DNA of 64,000 nucleotides from Patescibacteria group bacterium. Its GTDB lineage: Bacteria > Patescibacteriota > Patescibacteriia > UBA10025 > JAHIVO01. The stretch is taken from positions 129,776 through 193,775 of the forward strand of contig JAQULM010000002.1 in the NCBI GenBank assembly GCA_028718605.1. Direction: 5' to 3'. A model generated the notes under the pieces. The model was not told the DNA's origin. It did not search any database and saw only the letters and a list, made by a program, of their open reading frames with translations. Position 1 is the first letter of the stretch. The number at the start of each line of letters is the position of its first letter. Both the position numbers and the translations under genes were made by a program. Positions 31,630 through 40,696 of the stretch are shown here, one piece after another.

Positions 31630-32766
31630 ATGCCCTTTACAGACCACCGACTGGACGGCTGTGTCCACGAACTCGTAGAGTCCCCTTTTGATGGCGGATT
31701 CACCATTGTACGGCACTTACCAGAGGTACCACCTGACCAACAAGAGGCGTATATTCGTGAACTGCTGTCACATTGGCGCTCAAGGGCAACGAATCGAACT
31801 GGGCTGATGCCGCTTGAAGAATGGTGTTTCTACTGCGGAAACGACAGGCAGTATACGTATCCTGATGAGGCAACCCATCAGACAGACTCAGGTCTCATCC
31901 GTGTAGTCACCTTGAAACAAGTTCCGCTTCGAACCGGAATCCCGATTGACCGGACCCCAGCTGACGAGACGTACAGCAGGAAAAACGCGTACGGGGCACT
32001 CGAGCGGATCATCCTGCCGAGCCACGACCGCCGCATTGCTGAACTCGACGCCGGTACCTTCGGCCTCTGCCTGCAGATTGCCGCCAGCCGAATCGCAGAC
32101 CTGGCCCGAGACCCGAACCTGAAATACGTCACGTTCTTCGTCGACGGCAATGGCGTAGTTGAGGATTGCGGCTTCATCCACACTCAGCTTCAGGTCATCG
32201 GCGTAACCGACGTACCGAAAATCAGAATCGCCCCCCAGTTGCAACGCTCTCTTGGATTCTACTATGGCCAGCAGAAAGAGCGCTGCCTTACCTGCGAAAC
32301 GATCGGCACGGAGCTGAAGAGGATTGACCGAATCGTTCTCACAACCGACCATTTCCTGTCGTGGATTCCATACGCGTCCCGGAGCCCCCTCGAAGTATGT
32401 TTCACGCCCCTTGACCATGCCGCGTCATATGAAGAAACGCCGCCGAGCCAGTTCGCTGAACTCGCCGGCCTCATCCTGGATGTGGTCCGGAAGCTCGAAC
32501 TGCTCCTCGGTACGCGGTTCCCATACCAGCTCAAGCTATTCAACGCGCCAGTCTGGTCATTCGGCCGTTTCCCCAATGGAAGCCCGGAAGTGAAGCGTGA
32601 GCACATTCAAAACGCATTCCATTGGCGCCTCGTCCTCGACCCAAACCTTGAGATCCCGGCTGTTATCAGGGAAGTCGTCGACTACGACATCAACGTGCTG
32701 CCGCCTAAGGTTGGTGCGATGCTCCTGCGCCTCCCTGACCACGAAATAAGCAAATGGACCAGCTGA
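31630..32766 (+). CDS. Divergent GalT-like (HIT superfamily) nucleotidyltransferase
   Basis: CFYCGN, CLTCE, WIPYASRSPLEV, FHWR..P, INVLPP; HPHxQ motif reads FIHTQ. Confidence 0.7.
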   Translation: MPFTDHRLDGCVHELVESPFDGGFTIVRHLPEVPPDQQEAYIRELLSHWRSRATNRTGLMPLEEWCFYCGNDRQYTYPDEATHQTDSGLIRVVTLKQVPLRTGIPIDRTPADETYSRKNAYGALERIILPSHDRRIAELDAGTFGLCLQIAASRIADLARDPNLKYVTFFVDGNGVVEDCGFIHTQLQVIGVTDVPKIRIAPQLQRSLGFYYGQQKERCLTCETIGTELKRIDRIVLTTDHFLSWIPYASRSPLEVCFTPLDHAASYEETPPSQFAELAGLILDVVRKLELLLGTRFPYQLKLFNAPVWSFGRFPNGSPEVKREHIQNAFHWRLVLDPNLEIPAVIREVVDYDINVLPPKVGAMLLRLPDHEISKWTS

Positions 32767-32800
32767 AACAACGCTTGGGCATCCGTGCCAAGCACAAACA

Positions 32801-32840
32801 CACCCGTGTGCCTTCCAAATAGGCCACGGGTGATTATTTT
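32801..32840. terminator. Terminator between convergent genes
   Basis: CACCCGTG...CACGGGTG stem followed by ATTATTTT. Confidence 0.6.
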
Positions 32841-32852
32841 ACAATAGAACGG

Positions 32853-33416
32853 CTATGCCTTCCCGACGTACTTGCCCGTATCGGTATTGAGCACTATCAT
32901 GGCGCCCTCTTCGATGAAGAGCGGTGCGTCCATGACATACCCCGTTTCGAGCGTGACTTTTTTCAACACTGAACCCTGCGCCGTATCGCCCCGAATGCCC
33001 GGGGGCGCCGAGGTAACCCGGTACTCAATCTTCTTCGGGAGCTCAACGGTAATCGGATTGCCATTGAAATTGAGCACATCAACTTCGAGGTTCTCCTTCA
33101 GAAACGCAACTTTATCAGCGCCGATCTGGTCCTCGGTAACAAAAAACTGGTCGTACGTGGACGAATCCATGAAGTAATAATTTGAGTCTTCGCGGTATAA
33201 AAAATTCGCTTTCGAACGGCTGATATCAGCCGGCTCGACTTTATCCTGCCCCTTGAATGACCGGTCGAGCGTCTTGCCGGTCTTCAGCGCCTGAATCGTG
33301 GTCCGCATGACCCCCTGGCCACGCCCCATTTTCACAAAATCATGCTTCAGTATCACGTACGGCTCCCCGTCGAGGACGATATACACCCCTGCTTTGAGAT
33401 CATTGATGACCAGCAT
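32853..33416 (-). CDS. efp: Elongation factor P
   Basis: KMGRG loop, YFMDSSTYDQ, PPGIRGDTA, LETG. Confidence 0.95.
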   Translation of the reverse strand: MLVINDLKAGVYIVLDGEPYVILKHDFVKMGRGQGVMRTTIQALKTGKTLDRSFKGQDKVEPADISRSKANFLYREDSNYYFMDSSTYDQFFVTEDQIGADKVAFLKENLEVDVLNFNGNPITVELPKKIEYRVTSAPPGIRGDTAQGSVLKKVTLETGYVMDAPLFIEEGAMIVLNTDTGKYVGKA

Positions 33417-33419
33417 ACG

Positions 33420-33653
33420 CTACCGCAATGTATACGGCAGGAGCGCCATAAAACGCGCCCGCTTAATAGCCTCTGCAAGCTTGCGCTGGTGCTTCGCGCA
33501 AATGCCAGTTTTCTTACGGGGCAGAATTTTCCCGTACGAGGATGTAAACCGCTGGAGGAGCTTGATGTCTTTATAATCGACCTCGCTCATCGCGTTCGTG
33601 CAGAAATGGCACTCTCGCTGGACGATGACGACTTTGGTTCTTGGTTTTCGCAT
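33420..33653 (-). CDS. rpsR: 30S ribosomal protein S18
   Basis: [32 protein letters not shown]. Confidence 0.96.
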   Translation of the reverse strand: MRKPRTKVVIVQRECHFCTNAMSEVDYKDIKLLQRFTSSYGKILPRKKTGICAKHQRKLAEAIKRARFMALLPYTLR

Positions 33654-33716
33654 AATGTGTTGGCCTTTTAGGTATGAATACAAGCATGGATTGCTCAAGC
33701 GCTGCGCCTACCGATG

Positions 33717-34160
33717 CTAGAACGGGATATCTTCAACGTTAATTTCCGGCTCACCGGATCCTGCGGGTTCCGGCTGTGCCCCTTCCGCTGCGGCAGGTGC
33801 ATTTTTTGATGATGGAGCCGCGGCCCCCGCACCTGGCCGGTCGAGCATGATCATATTTTCCGCAATAATTTCGGTCCGATAGCGTTTCACGCCGCTCTGG
33901 TCATCCCACGACCGGGTCTGGAGGCGGCCTTCGATATACACCTTGCTGCCCTTCTTGAGGTACTGCCCGACGATTTCCGCGAGCCGGCGCCATGCAACAA
34001 CCGTATGGTATTCAACCTGGTCTTGCTGCTGGCCGGATTGGTTTTTCCAACGGCGGTTTGTCGCAATGCCAATGGTGGCGACATTCTGGCCTGTTGGCGT
34101 TGTACGCACCTCAGGATCGCGCGTTACATTCCCGATAAGCATAACCTTATTCAAATTCAT
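33717..34160 (-). CDS. ssb: Single-stranded DNA-binding protein
   Basis: NKVMLIGN, EGRLQTRSW, EDIPF tail. Confidence 0.97.
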   Translation of the reverse strand: MNLNKVMLIGNVTRDPEVRTTPTGQNVATIGIATNRRWKNQSGQQQDQVEYHTVVAWRRLAEIVGQYLKKGSKVYIEGRLQTRSWDDQSGVKRYRTEIIAENMIMLDRPGAGAAAPSSKNAPAAAEGAQPEPAGSGEPEINVEDIPF

Positions 34161-34177
34161 ATGCGTAAAAGCGGAGA

Positions 34178-34681
34178 TTAAAATTCTTCCTTCAATATCT
34201 CATCGAGTTTCTTATCGAGGTCTTCAAGGCTGATTTTTGTCTCCTTTTTCGGTTCTTCCGAAACTGGCTTCGGCGGCTCAACAGGGGCAGCTGTTGCTGC
34301 TTGTTCTTGCGCGGCAACGCGTTGCTCTGCAGCACGCTTCGCCACAATTTTTTCACGCAACATGCGTTCAGCATTCACTTCCTGCGCAGTTTTCACGCGC
34401 TTGGTTAAAACCTGATACCGCAGGAGTTCCGGCATAAGTTTCAGGGTTGCATTCAAATTCTTCGGCAGAGACGACTCTGCGTCAAATTCAACCAGTACAT
34501 ACGCCCCATATTTCTCATGGCGTATATCATAGGCGAGTTTCCGCTTACCCCACTCCTCGGTCACGGTAACACGGCCTCCCTGCTGCACGATGCTTTCCTG
34601 GATCTTTTTCACGAGCGGCTCATGGTGCCGGTCGTCGACGCTCGATGAGATGATGAACAAAAGTTCGTAGTGCTGTACCAT
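34178..34681 (-). CDS. rpsF: 30S ribosomal protein S6 with C-terminal extension
   Basis: YELLFII, WGKRKLAYDI; LDKKLDEIL tail. Confidence 0.93.
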   Translation of the reverse strand: MVQHYELLFIISSSVDDRHHEPLVKKIQESIVQQGGRVTVTEEWGKRKLAYDIRHEKYGAYVLVEFDAESSLPKNLNATLKLMPELLRYQVLTKRVKTAQEVNAERMLREKIVAKRAAEQRVAAQEQAATAAPVEPPKPVSEEPKKETKISLEDLDKKLDEILKEEF

Positions 34682-34865
34682 ACGTACATTACGTTATTAT
34701 TACGGGTTTCATTTGGAAAGATTTCTGCTTCGAGGAACGGCCGTCTCTGTGGATAAAAAAACCGCTCCGCTTCTAGCACTTCACAGTATGTGGAGTCTAC
34801 CATACCGCCTGAAAAAACGCAAGGATGGCGCATAAGCGCCGGAACCTGCTATACTGTGAGTTGGT

Positions 34866-36101
34866 ATGCCCATATTGTGCTTCATTCTCGGTAATAATCC
34901 GCTCCTCTCACTCGCTGAGATTTTTTGCTACGCCCAATCAAACCACTGCGAGCTGAAAATCAAGGAAATTACACGGCAAGCGCTCGTCGTTGAAGCAGGC
35001 AGTGATATTGACGTTCGTGGGTGGCAGCGTTCGCTGGGGGGTTGTGTCAAAATCGGGACTGTCGTACAGACGTACGACAGCATCGCGTCGCTGACGCACG
35101 AGATGAATGCCACCGACGTAATAAAAAAATTCCTGCACCAGACGCAGCGAAAAATCCAATTTGGAATTTCTATCTATGGAGAAATGGCACGGACCTACCA
35201 GCGGCAGCTTGAGCGGACCGCGCTCCAGGTCAAGCGCGAGCTCTCAGAGTCCGGGTTTTCCAGCCGCGTCATCACGAGCGATACCGGGGCATTGACGAGC
35301 GTCCAAATCACGAAAAATAAAATTATCGAGCGCGGCGCCGAGATACTCGTTATCGCCGGATTGAACGCGTTCTATCTCGGAAAAACTCTTACGGTCCAGG
35401 AATTCGAAGAGTACTCCTACCGCGATTATGAACGGCCGGAGCGTGATTCGCGCAGCGGCATGCTTCCGCCAAAAGTAGCGAAGATAATGATTAACTTCTC
35501 GCGCACGCCGATGGTGGACCGCCTGCTGGATCCTTTTTGCGGTTCCGGCACGATCCTGCAGGAAGCGTGCCTCCTGGGGTTCGAAAAACTCATCGGAGCT
35601 GATATCAGCGAAAAGGCAATTTCCGACACGAGGAACAACCTCCGTTGGCTGGCAGAACACTACAGCGTGCCTACGGAACAAATCCAGCTCCACATTTCTG
35701 ACGTTGCGCACCTCGCTGCCATGCTCCAGCCTGAGTCGATCGATGCAATCGTGACTGAACCGTACCTCGGGCCGCCCGGGGCAAAAGACTTGAAGACAAT
35801 CGACATGCTTACATTGATACCGGAACTTGAATCCCAGTACCTCACCGCGTTTGCAACATTTAAAAAAATTACCAAACCCGGAGCGCGAATCGTCATCGTC
35901 TTCCCGCTGTTCAAAACAAAACATGGAATCTATGCCCTCAAGGTCCTCGAAACCCTCCAGCAGCAGGGTTTCCGCCGCGTGAATCCGATTCCCGAGGAAG
36001 CATCGCTCTTCGCAAAAGTAGGCCCAACAGCGCGCGGGTCCCTGGTTTACAGCCGCCCGGACCAGACAGTCCAGCGGGAACTCTTTATTTTTGAGCGATA
36101 A
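34866..36101 (+). CDS. Trm11-like SAM-dependent RNA methyltransferase
   Basis: GMLPPKVAKIMIN, DPFCGSGT, TEPYLG; THUMP-like N-terminal half. Confidence 0.72.
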   Translation: MPILCFILGNNPLLSLAEIFCYAQSNHCELKIKEITRQALVVEAGSDIDVRGWQRSLGGCVKIGTVVQTYDSIASLTHEMNATDVIKKFLHQTQRKIQFGISIYGEMARTYQRQLERTALQVKRELSESGFSSRVITSDTGALTSVQITKNKIIERGAEILVIAGLNAFYLGKTLTVQEFEEYSYRDYERPERDSRSGMLPPKVAKIMINFSRTPMVDRLLDPFCGSGTILQEACLLGFEKLIGADISEKAISDTRNNLRWLAEHYSVPTEQIQLHISDVAHLAAMLQPESIDAIVTEPYLGPPGAKDLKTIDMLTLIPELESQYLTAFATFKKITKPGARIVIVFPLFKTKHGIYALKVLETLQQQGFRRVNPIPEEASLFAKVGPTARGSLVYSRPDQTVQRELFIFER

Positions 36102-36668
36102 ATCAGAGCCGCGGCGAATCATGGTGCCACGGCTCATAAACGATACTCGAGGTACGCTTCCTCCTACTGGTAATTGTGCTTCTCGATACAATCCGGACGC
36201 GAGAAGTGCTTTTTTTCTGTCGAAGAGCAAGTCCGGAAGGGCAAGGCACGGGTGGCCCGCGTGCGGTAGCAGCTTTTGGCTACTCCCGGCTCGATTGCCC
36301 AAAGGGCGATCACCTCCTCTCTACACTGCGAAAATGAGGACAACAGACTTCTCCGAAAAGAGAGTGCGATCCGGGAACATACTCATGCCTCCTTTCTACT
36401 GCACGTGCCATCTCCAGCAGCACGTGCGTTGCGTTGCGATAACTCGGGCAATCCAACACCATGTCCGCGGCGGGAAATACGCTCTCCGCTTAAACAACCG
36501 GGACATTCGATTGGTACATGAATGCGGAAAAGACATCTACGGCCTCCTTCGGAGTGTGTAGACGTATGTCAAACAACATACTATCACTACTTCAAGTATA
36601 GCGCATCAGTATGGAAAAACAAGGGGTTGTGCATAACTCCTCATACTTTTTCATACGCCGGGAACCCA

Positions 36669-37715
36669 TTAAATCCTGAAGTAAATCACATCACCGTCCT
36701 GGACAATATACTCACGGCCTTCGATCCGCACTCTGCCTTTCGCTTTCGCGCCTGTTTCACCTCCGTACGTGACGATATCCTGCCACGACGCCACCTCTGC
36801 GCGAATGAATTTCTCCTCAAAATCAGAATGGATCCTGCCGCCCGCCACCGGCGCTGGCGCGCCCCGCTGCACGGTCCAGGCATGGGTTTCCTTGGGCCCC
36901 GCGGTGAAAAACGTAATGAGGTCAAGCGTACGGTATGCCGCTGAAATAAGCCGATCCAAGCCGGTACTCGTTAATCCGAGGGTGCGAAGGTACTCGCGCG
37001 CATCTGTCTCTGGCATCTCGGCAAGTTCTGCTTCTACTTTTGCACTAATAACAACATAACCCGGTTGCTCGTGTGCTGCAGACGATTCGTCCACATTGAG
37101 GACGTAGAGCATCGGCTTCAGAGTGAGCAGGTTCAGGTCGCGGATCCCCGCTTGCTCCTCGTCTGTCAGTTGGGCGTCAGCGAGCAGTGTCCCACGGTCA
37201 AGAATGCCCCGTACTTTTTCATACAGCCCAAGAGCGATGATGCCCTCCTTGTCCCCGCTCCGCGCTCGGGGAGCGGTCTCCTCGATGCGGCGGATGACAG
37301 TCGCGAGGTCGGCATAGACAAGCTCAAGGTTGATCGTCTGCTTGTCGGATTCCGGATCCACGTGCCCGCTGACGTGCGTGACGTCGGGATCGGTAAATCC
37401 GCGGACGACCTGGCAGATCGCATCAACCGTCCTGATGTGTGACAGGAATTTATTGCCCAAGCCCTCGCCCGTGTGTGCACCCGCAACTAATCCGGCAATA
37501 TCGACAAATTCAATAACGGTCGGGACGACTGCCGCGGATTGGTACACGGCGACTAATTTCTGGAGCCGGTCGTCCGGAACGGGAACGATACCGACGTTCG
37601 GATCGATCGTGCAGAACGGATAGTTTGCCGTATCGACCTGCTTCTTGGTCAGGGCTTTGAATAATGTTGACTTGCCGACGTTCGGCAAGCCGACGATGCC
37701 AACGGTAAGTTTCAT
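36669..37715 (-). CDS. ychF: Ribosome-binding ATPase YchF
   Basis: GLPNVGKST, YPFCTIDPN, DIAGLV, GEGLGNKFL. Confidence 0.97.
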   Translation of the reverse strand: MKLTVGIVGLPNVGKSTLFKALTKKQVDTANYPFCTIDPNVGIVPVPDDRLQKLVAVYQSAAVVPTVIEFVDIAGLVAGAHTGEGLGNKFLSHIRTVDAICQVVRGFTDPDVTHVSGHVDPESDKQTINLELVYADLATVIRRIEETAPRARSGDKEGIIALGLYEKVRGILDRGTLLADAQLTDEEQAGIRDLNLLTLKPMLYVLNVDESSAAHEQPGYVVISAKVEAELAEMPETDAREYLRTLGLTSTGLDRLISAAYRTLDLITFFTAGPKETHAWTVQRGAPAPVAGGRIHSDFEEKFIRAEVASWQDIVTYGGETGAKAKGRVRIEGREYIVQDGDVIYFRI

Positions 37716-37754
37716 ATGCTTCCATTGTACCAGAGAACCCCGTATAATAGAACT

Positions 37755-38471
37755 ATGCCGCACCGTTTTTTCATTCCATCACTGCTGATTGCCAATTCAA
37801 TTGCGACAATCAGCGACCCCAAAGTGGTCCGCCAGATCACGAACGTTTTGCGGATGAAGAAAAATGACCTGTTCACCGTTTTCTCCGAACAGACAGAATA
37901 CGACCTGGTTATCAAGGATATCGCGCCCCACCAGATTACGGCGACAGCGCTCGCAAGCCGGAAGCTAGAACGCGAACCAGCACGCCAGGTAATCCTGTAC
38001 CAATCGCTTCTCAAGAAGGACTGGTTTGAATTTATACTCCAGAAAGGGACCGAACTGGGAATCAAAGCCTTTGTGCCCCTGATCTGCCAAAATTCGATCG
38101 TACGGGACATCTCACCGAACAAAATGGCTCGTTACCAAGCAATTCTGAAGGAAGCGACCGAGCAATGCGGCGGAGGATCAATTCCCACGCTTGAACCGGC
38201 AATACCATTCGGAGAGGCCTTGCAAATTGCATGCAGTAAGGGCGGGCAAGTACTCTTTGCCTGGGAGGGGGAAACGGTGCAAATGCTTCCGAGCGTACTT
38301 GACCGCAGCGCTCGTTCATACCATCTGATTATCGGGCCTGAGGGAGGCTTTTCTGCGGACGAAATCAAGGAGGCTGAGCGCATGAACGTGCACCGAGTCA
38401 GCCTGGGCCGGCGGATCCTGAGGGCGGAAACTGCTGCCATTGCCGCAGCAAGCCTGATTCTATTGAGCTAA
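37755..38471 (+). CDS. rsmE: 16S rRNA m3U1498 methyltransferase
   Basis: QKGTELG, IGPEGGFS, LGRRILRAETA. Confidence 0.95.
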   Translation: MPHRFFIPSLLIANSIATISDPKVVRQITNVLRMKKNDLFTVFSEQTEYDLVIKDIAPHQITATALASRKLEREPARQVILYQSLLKKDWFEFILQKGTELGIKAFVPLICQNSIVRDISPNKMARYQAILKEATEQCGGGSIPTLEPAIPFGEALQIACSKGGQVLFAWEGETVQMLPSVLDRSARSYHLIIGPEGGFSADEIKEAERMNVHRVSLGRRILRAETAAIAAASLILLS

Positions 38472-38523
38472 TACATTGAATCATGATATACTGAAAGCAT
38501 AAACAAGCATTAATAAGACTCTT

Positions 38524-39300
38524 ATGTTCGAGAATGTTCAACGCCAACAACCCGCACAGCCTGTCCCGCAGCCTGCGCCACAGAAAGATTGGGGTCCCTG
38601 GCGGCCCGTAGGACAAACGCGGTCAGCAGGACCGATGCCGCCACCGCCACTCGACCAATCACCCGTTCCGCCGCCTCCACGAGAAGGAGTCCCAATACCG
38701 GCACCGCGGCGCCAATTCCCGACACCTCCCTCAACGCCGACCTCTATGCCTCCGCTGCCTGTCGATATGGAACCCACGCCTCCGCCATCCAATAAACGGA
38801 AGCTCATCATGATTGGCGTTATCATCTTCGCACTCGTCATTGTCGTCATTGCCGGCGCTGTAGTCGCGTTGAGCTATTTCAGTAAAAACTCCAATGGGAA
38901 TACCAACGTGGAAGAAAATACGAACACAGAAGCCAATACGAACGTGAATGAAAATGTGAACACCGCTGCCAACACGAACGTGAACACGAACAGCACGAGC
39001 AACGTCAATTGGTGGGCGAACGTGAACACGAACAGCAACGCAAACAGGAATACGAACGGAAATCTGAATTCAAACACGAATAGAAATGTGAATACCACTA
39101 CAAACACGAATGCCACAAACGGCAATCAGAACGTCAATTACAATCTCGACAGTGATAATGACGGCCTGACTGATGAAGAGGAGGACCTCTGGACAACCGA
39201 TCGGCTCGATCCGGACACTGATGGTGACGGCTACCTCGACGGCGCTGAAATAGAAAACGGATTTAACCCACTGAAGGGTGACGGCGCAAAACTCCTCTAA
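38524..39300 (+). CDS. Membrane protein with Pro-rich N-terminus, Asn/Thr stalk and Ca-binding (TSP3-like) DxDxDG repeats
   Basis: One TM helix; NTN repeats; DSDNDGLTD, DTDGDGYLDG. Confidence 0.8.
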   Translation: MFENVQRQQPAQPVPQPAPQKDWGPWRPVGQTRSAGPMPPPPLDQSPVPPPPREGVPIPAPRRQFPTPPSTPTSMPPLPVDMEPTPPPSNKRKLIMIGVIIFALVIVVIAGAVVALSYFSKNSNGNTNVEENTNTEANTNVNENVNTAANTNVNTNSTSNVNWWANVNTNSNANRNTNGNLNSNTNRNVNTTTNTNATNGNQNVNYNLDSDNDGLTDEEEDLWTTDRLDPDTDGDGYLDGAEIENGFNPLKGDGAKLL

Positions 39301-39316
39301 CTCAATTCGAAAACTG

Positions 39317-39345
39317 AAAACCAGGGCGACCGCCCTGGTTTTTTT
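39317..39345. terminator. Bidirectional terminator
   Basis: AAAACCAGGGCG/CGCCCTGGTTTT. Confidence 0.8.
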
Positions 39346-39872
39346 TATTTGAGAACCTTCAACAAATCACGCATTGCCGGCTTCATCCAGCGAAATGCCA
39401 GGCGGCTCCAGGGAATTTCCGTAGTGCGGAACCACCGCGCCTCGCTGACATCGTCCATGGGGCGCATTGTGCCGGACGCGATTTCAGCGCGATAAATGAT
39501 GTTCAAAACGCTGACGGTATAATGGTTGCGGTATGTATCCATGTAAATGCCGAGGGGTGAAATATTCTTGAGCCGCACGCCGAGCTCTTCGCGGAGCTCT
39601 CGCTGAACCCCCTTGAGCGGATGCTCGCCATCCTCGAGAAAGCCGCCAGCCGCATCCCACCAATCGCGTTTCGGATTAATCGCCCGCTTCACGAGGAGAA
39701 TCCGCCCGCGGCGGTCGGTTATAAAAGCTGACGCAGTCGGCTTCGAATTCTGGTAAAAAATAAAACCACACTTTTTACAGGCAAGCCGCGGCAAGCCGCC
39801 GTCGCGCCGAATCCCCAGGCGCTTGCTGCATACCGGACAGTATTTATAATACCCTTTACTTGTGGTGCTCAT
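39345..39872 (-). CDS. Zinc-ribbon NUDIX hydrolase
   Basis: CPVC..CKKCG; GGFLEDGE..QRELREELG. Confidence 0.9.
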   Translation of the reverse strand: MSTTSKGYYKYCPVCSKRLGIRRDGGLPRLACKKCGFIFYQNSKPTASAFITDRRGRILLVKRAINPKRDWWDAAGGFLEDGEHPLKGVQRELREELGVRLKNISPLGIYMDTYRNHYTVSVLNIIYRAEIASGTMRPMDDVSEARWFRTTEIPWSRLAFRWMKPAMRDLLKVLK

Positions 39873-40686
39873 ACGCGCTGACGACGTTTTTTAAAAGCAT
39901 AGCAACGGTCATGGGACCGACGCCTCCCGGCACTGGTGTGATCCGCCCGGCGACATCCTTCACAGACGCAAAATCAACGTCACCAATAGCCCTACCCTGG
40001 ACGCGGTTATACCCAACGTCGACGACCAGTGCCCCGGGCTTTACCATTTTTCCCGTTACCAGGTTCGGAGATCCGACTGCAACAATGAGAATATCCCCTG
40101 TTGGCGCTTTCCGTTGCAGCGCCTGCGCCGTCGGTTTAAATGCCGTTACGGCAACACCCCGCTGCTTGAGAAGGTACGCAAGGGGTACGCTGAATACCTT
40201 GCTATTTGCCAAAACAACGGCGTGCATGCCGGCAAGACGAACGCCTGTGCCCTCAAGGAGCTGCATTATCCCTGCCGCAAGCCCAGGCACAACGAATGGT
40301 TTCCCCGCAAGGAGCGCTGTAATATTTTCCGGCTTGAACCCGTCAACGTCTTTCTCGGGTGCAATCGTACGTATTACTGTTTGCTTCGACAAACCACGCG
40401 GCAAAGGAAACTGCACGACAATGCCATGGATATCCTGCCGCGCATTGAGCTCCTTAATACATTTGAGCACTGCTTTCTCCGGCGTCGTGGCTGGAAAAAC
40501 ATACTTCTCGAAATGCACCCCGATCTCGCGCGCAGCTTTTTCTTTTAAACTAACGTACGTCCGCGATGCCGGGTCTGTTCCGACGAGCACAATCGCCAAA
40601 CCTGGCGTGCCGGACAAACGCGCCACGTGCTGTTTCAATTGTCTACGGATTGCCGCCGCAGTGCGCCGGCCGTCGATGATGTTCAT
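39856..40686 (-). CDS. folD: Methylenetetrahydrofolate dehydrogenase/cyclohydrolase
   Basis: KDVDGF, TPVPGGVGPMTVAML. Confidence 0.95.
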   Translation of the reverse strand: MNIIDGRRTAAAIRRQLKQHVARLSGTPGLAIVLVGTDPASRTYVSLKEKAAREIGVHFEKYVFPATTPEKAVLKCIKELNARQDIHGIVVQFPLPRGLSKQTVIRTIAPEKDVDGFKPENITALLAGKPFVVPGLAAGIMQLLEGTGVRLAGMHAVVLANSKVFSVPLAYLLKQRGVAVTAFKPTAQALQRKAPTGDILIVAVGSPNLVTGKMVKPGALVVDVGYNRVQGRAIGDVDFASVKDVAGRITPVPGGVGPMTVAMLLKNVVSAYEHHK

Positions 40687-40696
40687 ACCGTGGAAT

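Noticed and set aside
34748-34756. DnaA boxes (also 2417-2425 and 18057-18065) as oriC
   Set aside because: Isolated single boxes, with no cluster and no dnaA or dnaN nearby
34682-34790. S6:S18 autoregulatory leader upstream of rpsF
   Set aside because: A hairpin and a CCC motif are present, but the consensus could not be matched convincingly by eye
35244-36302. 352-aa minus-strand ORF
   Set aside because: Mostly antisense to the Trm11-like gene with implausible composition; only the SD at its 5' end is notable
38880-39140. AACACGAAC-type repeats as a CRISPR array or DGR template
   Set aside because: They encode an Asn/Thr low-complexity stalk; there is no repeat-spacer periodicity, cas gene or reverse transcriptase
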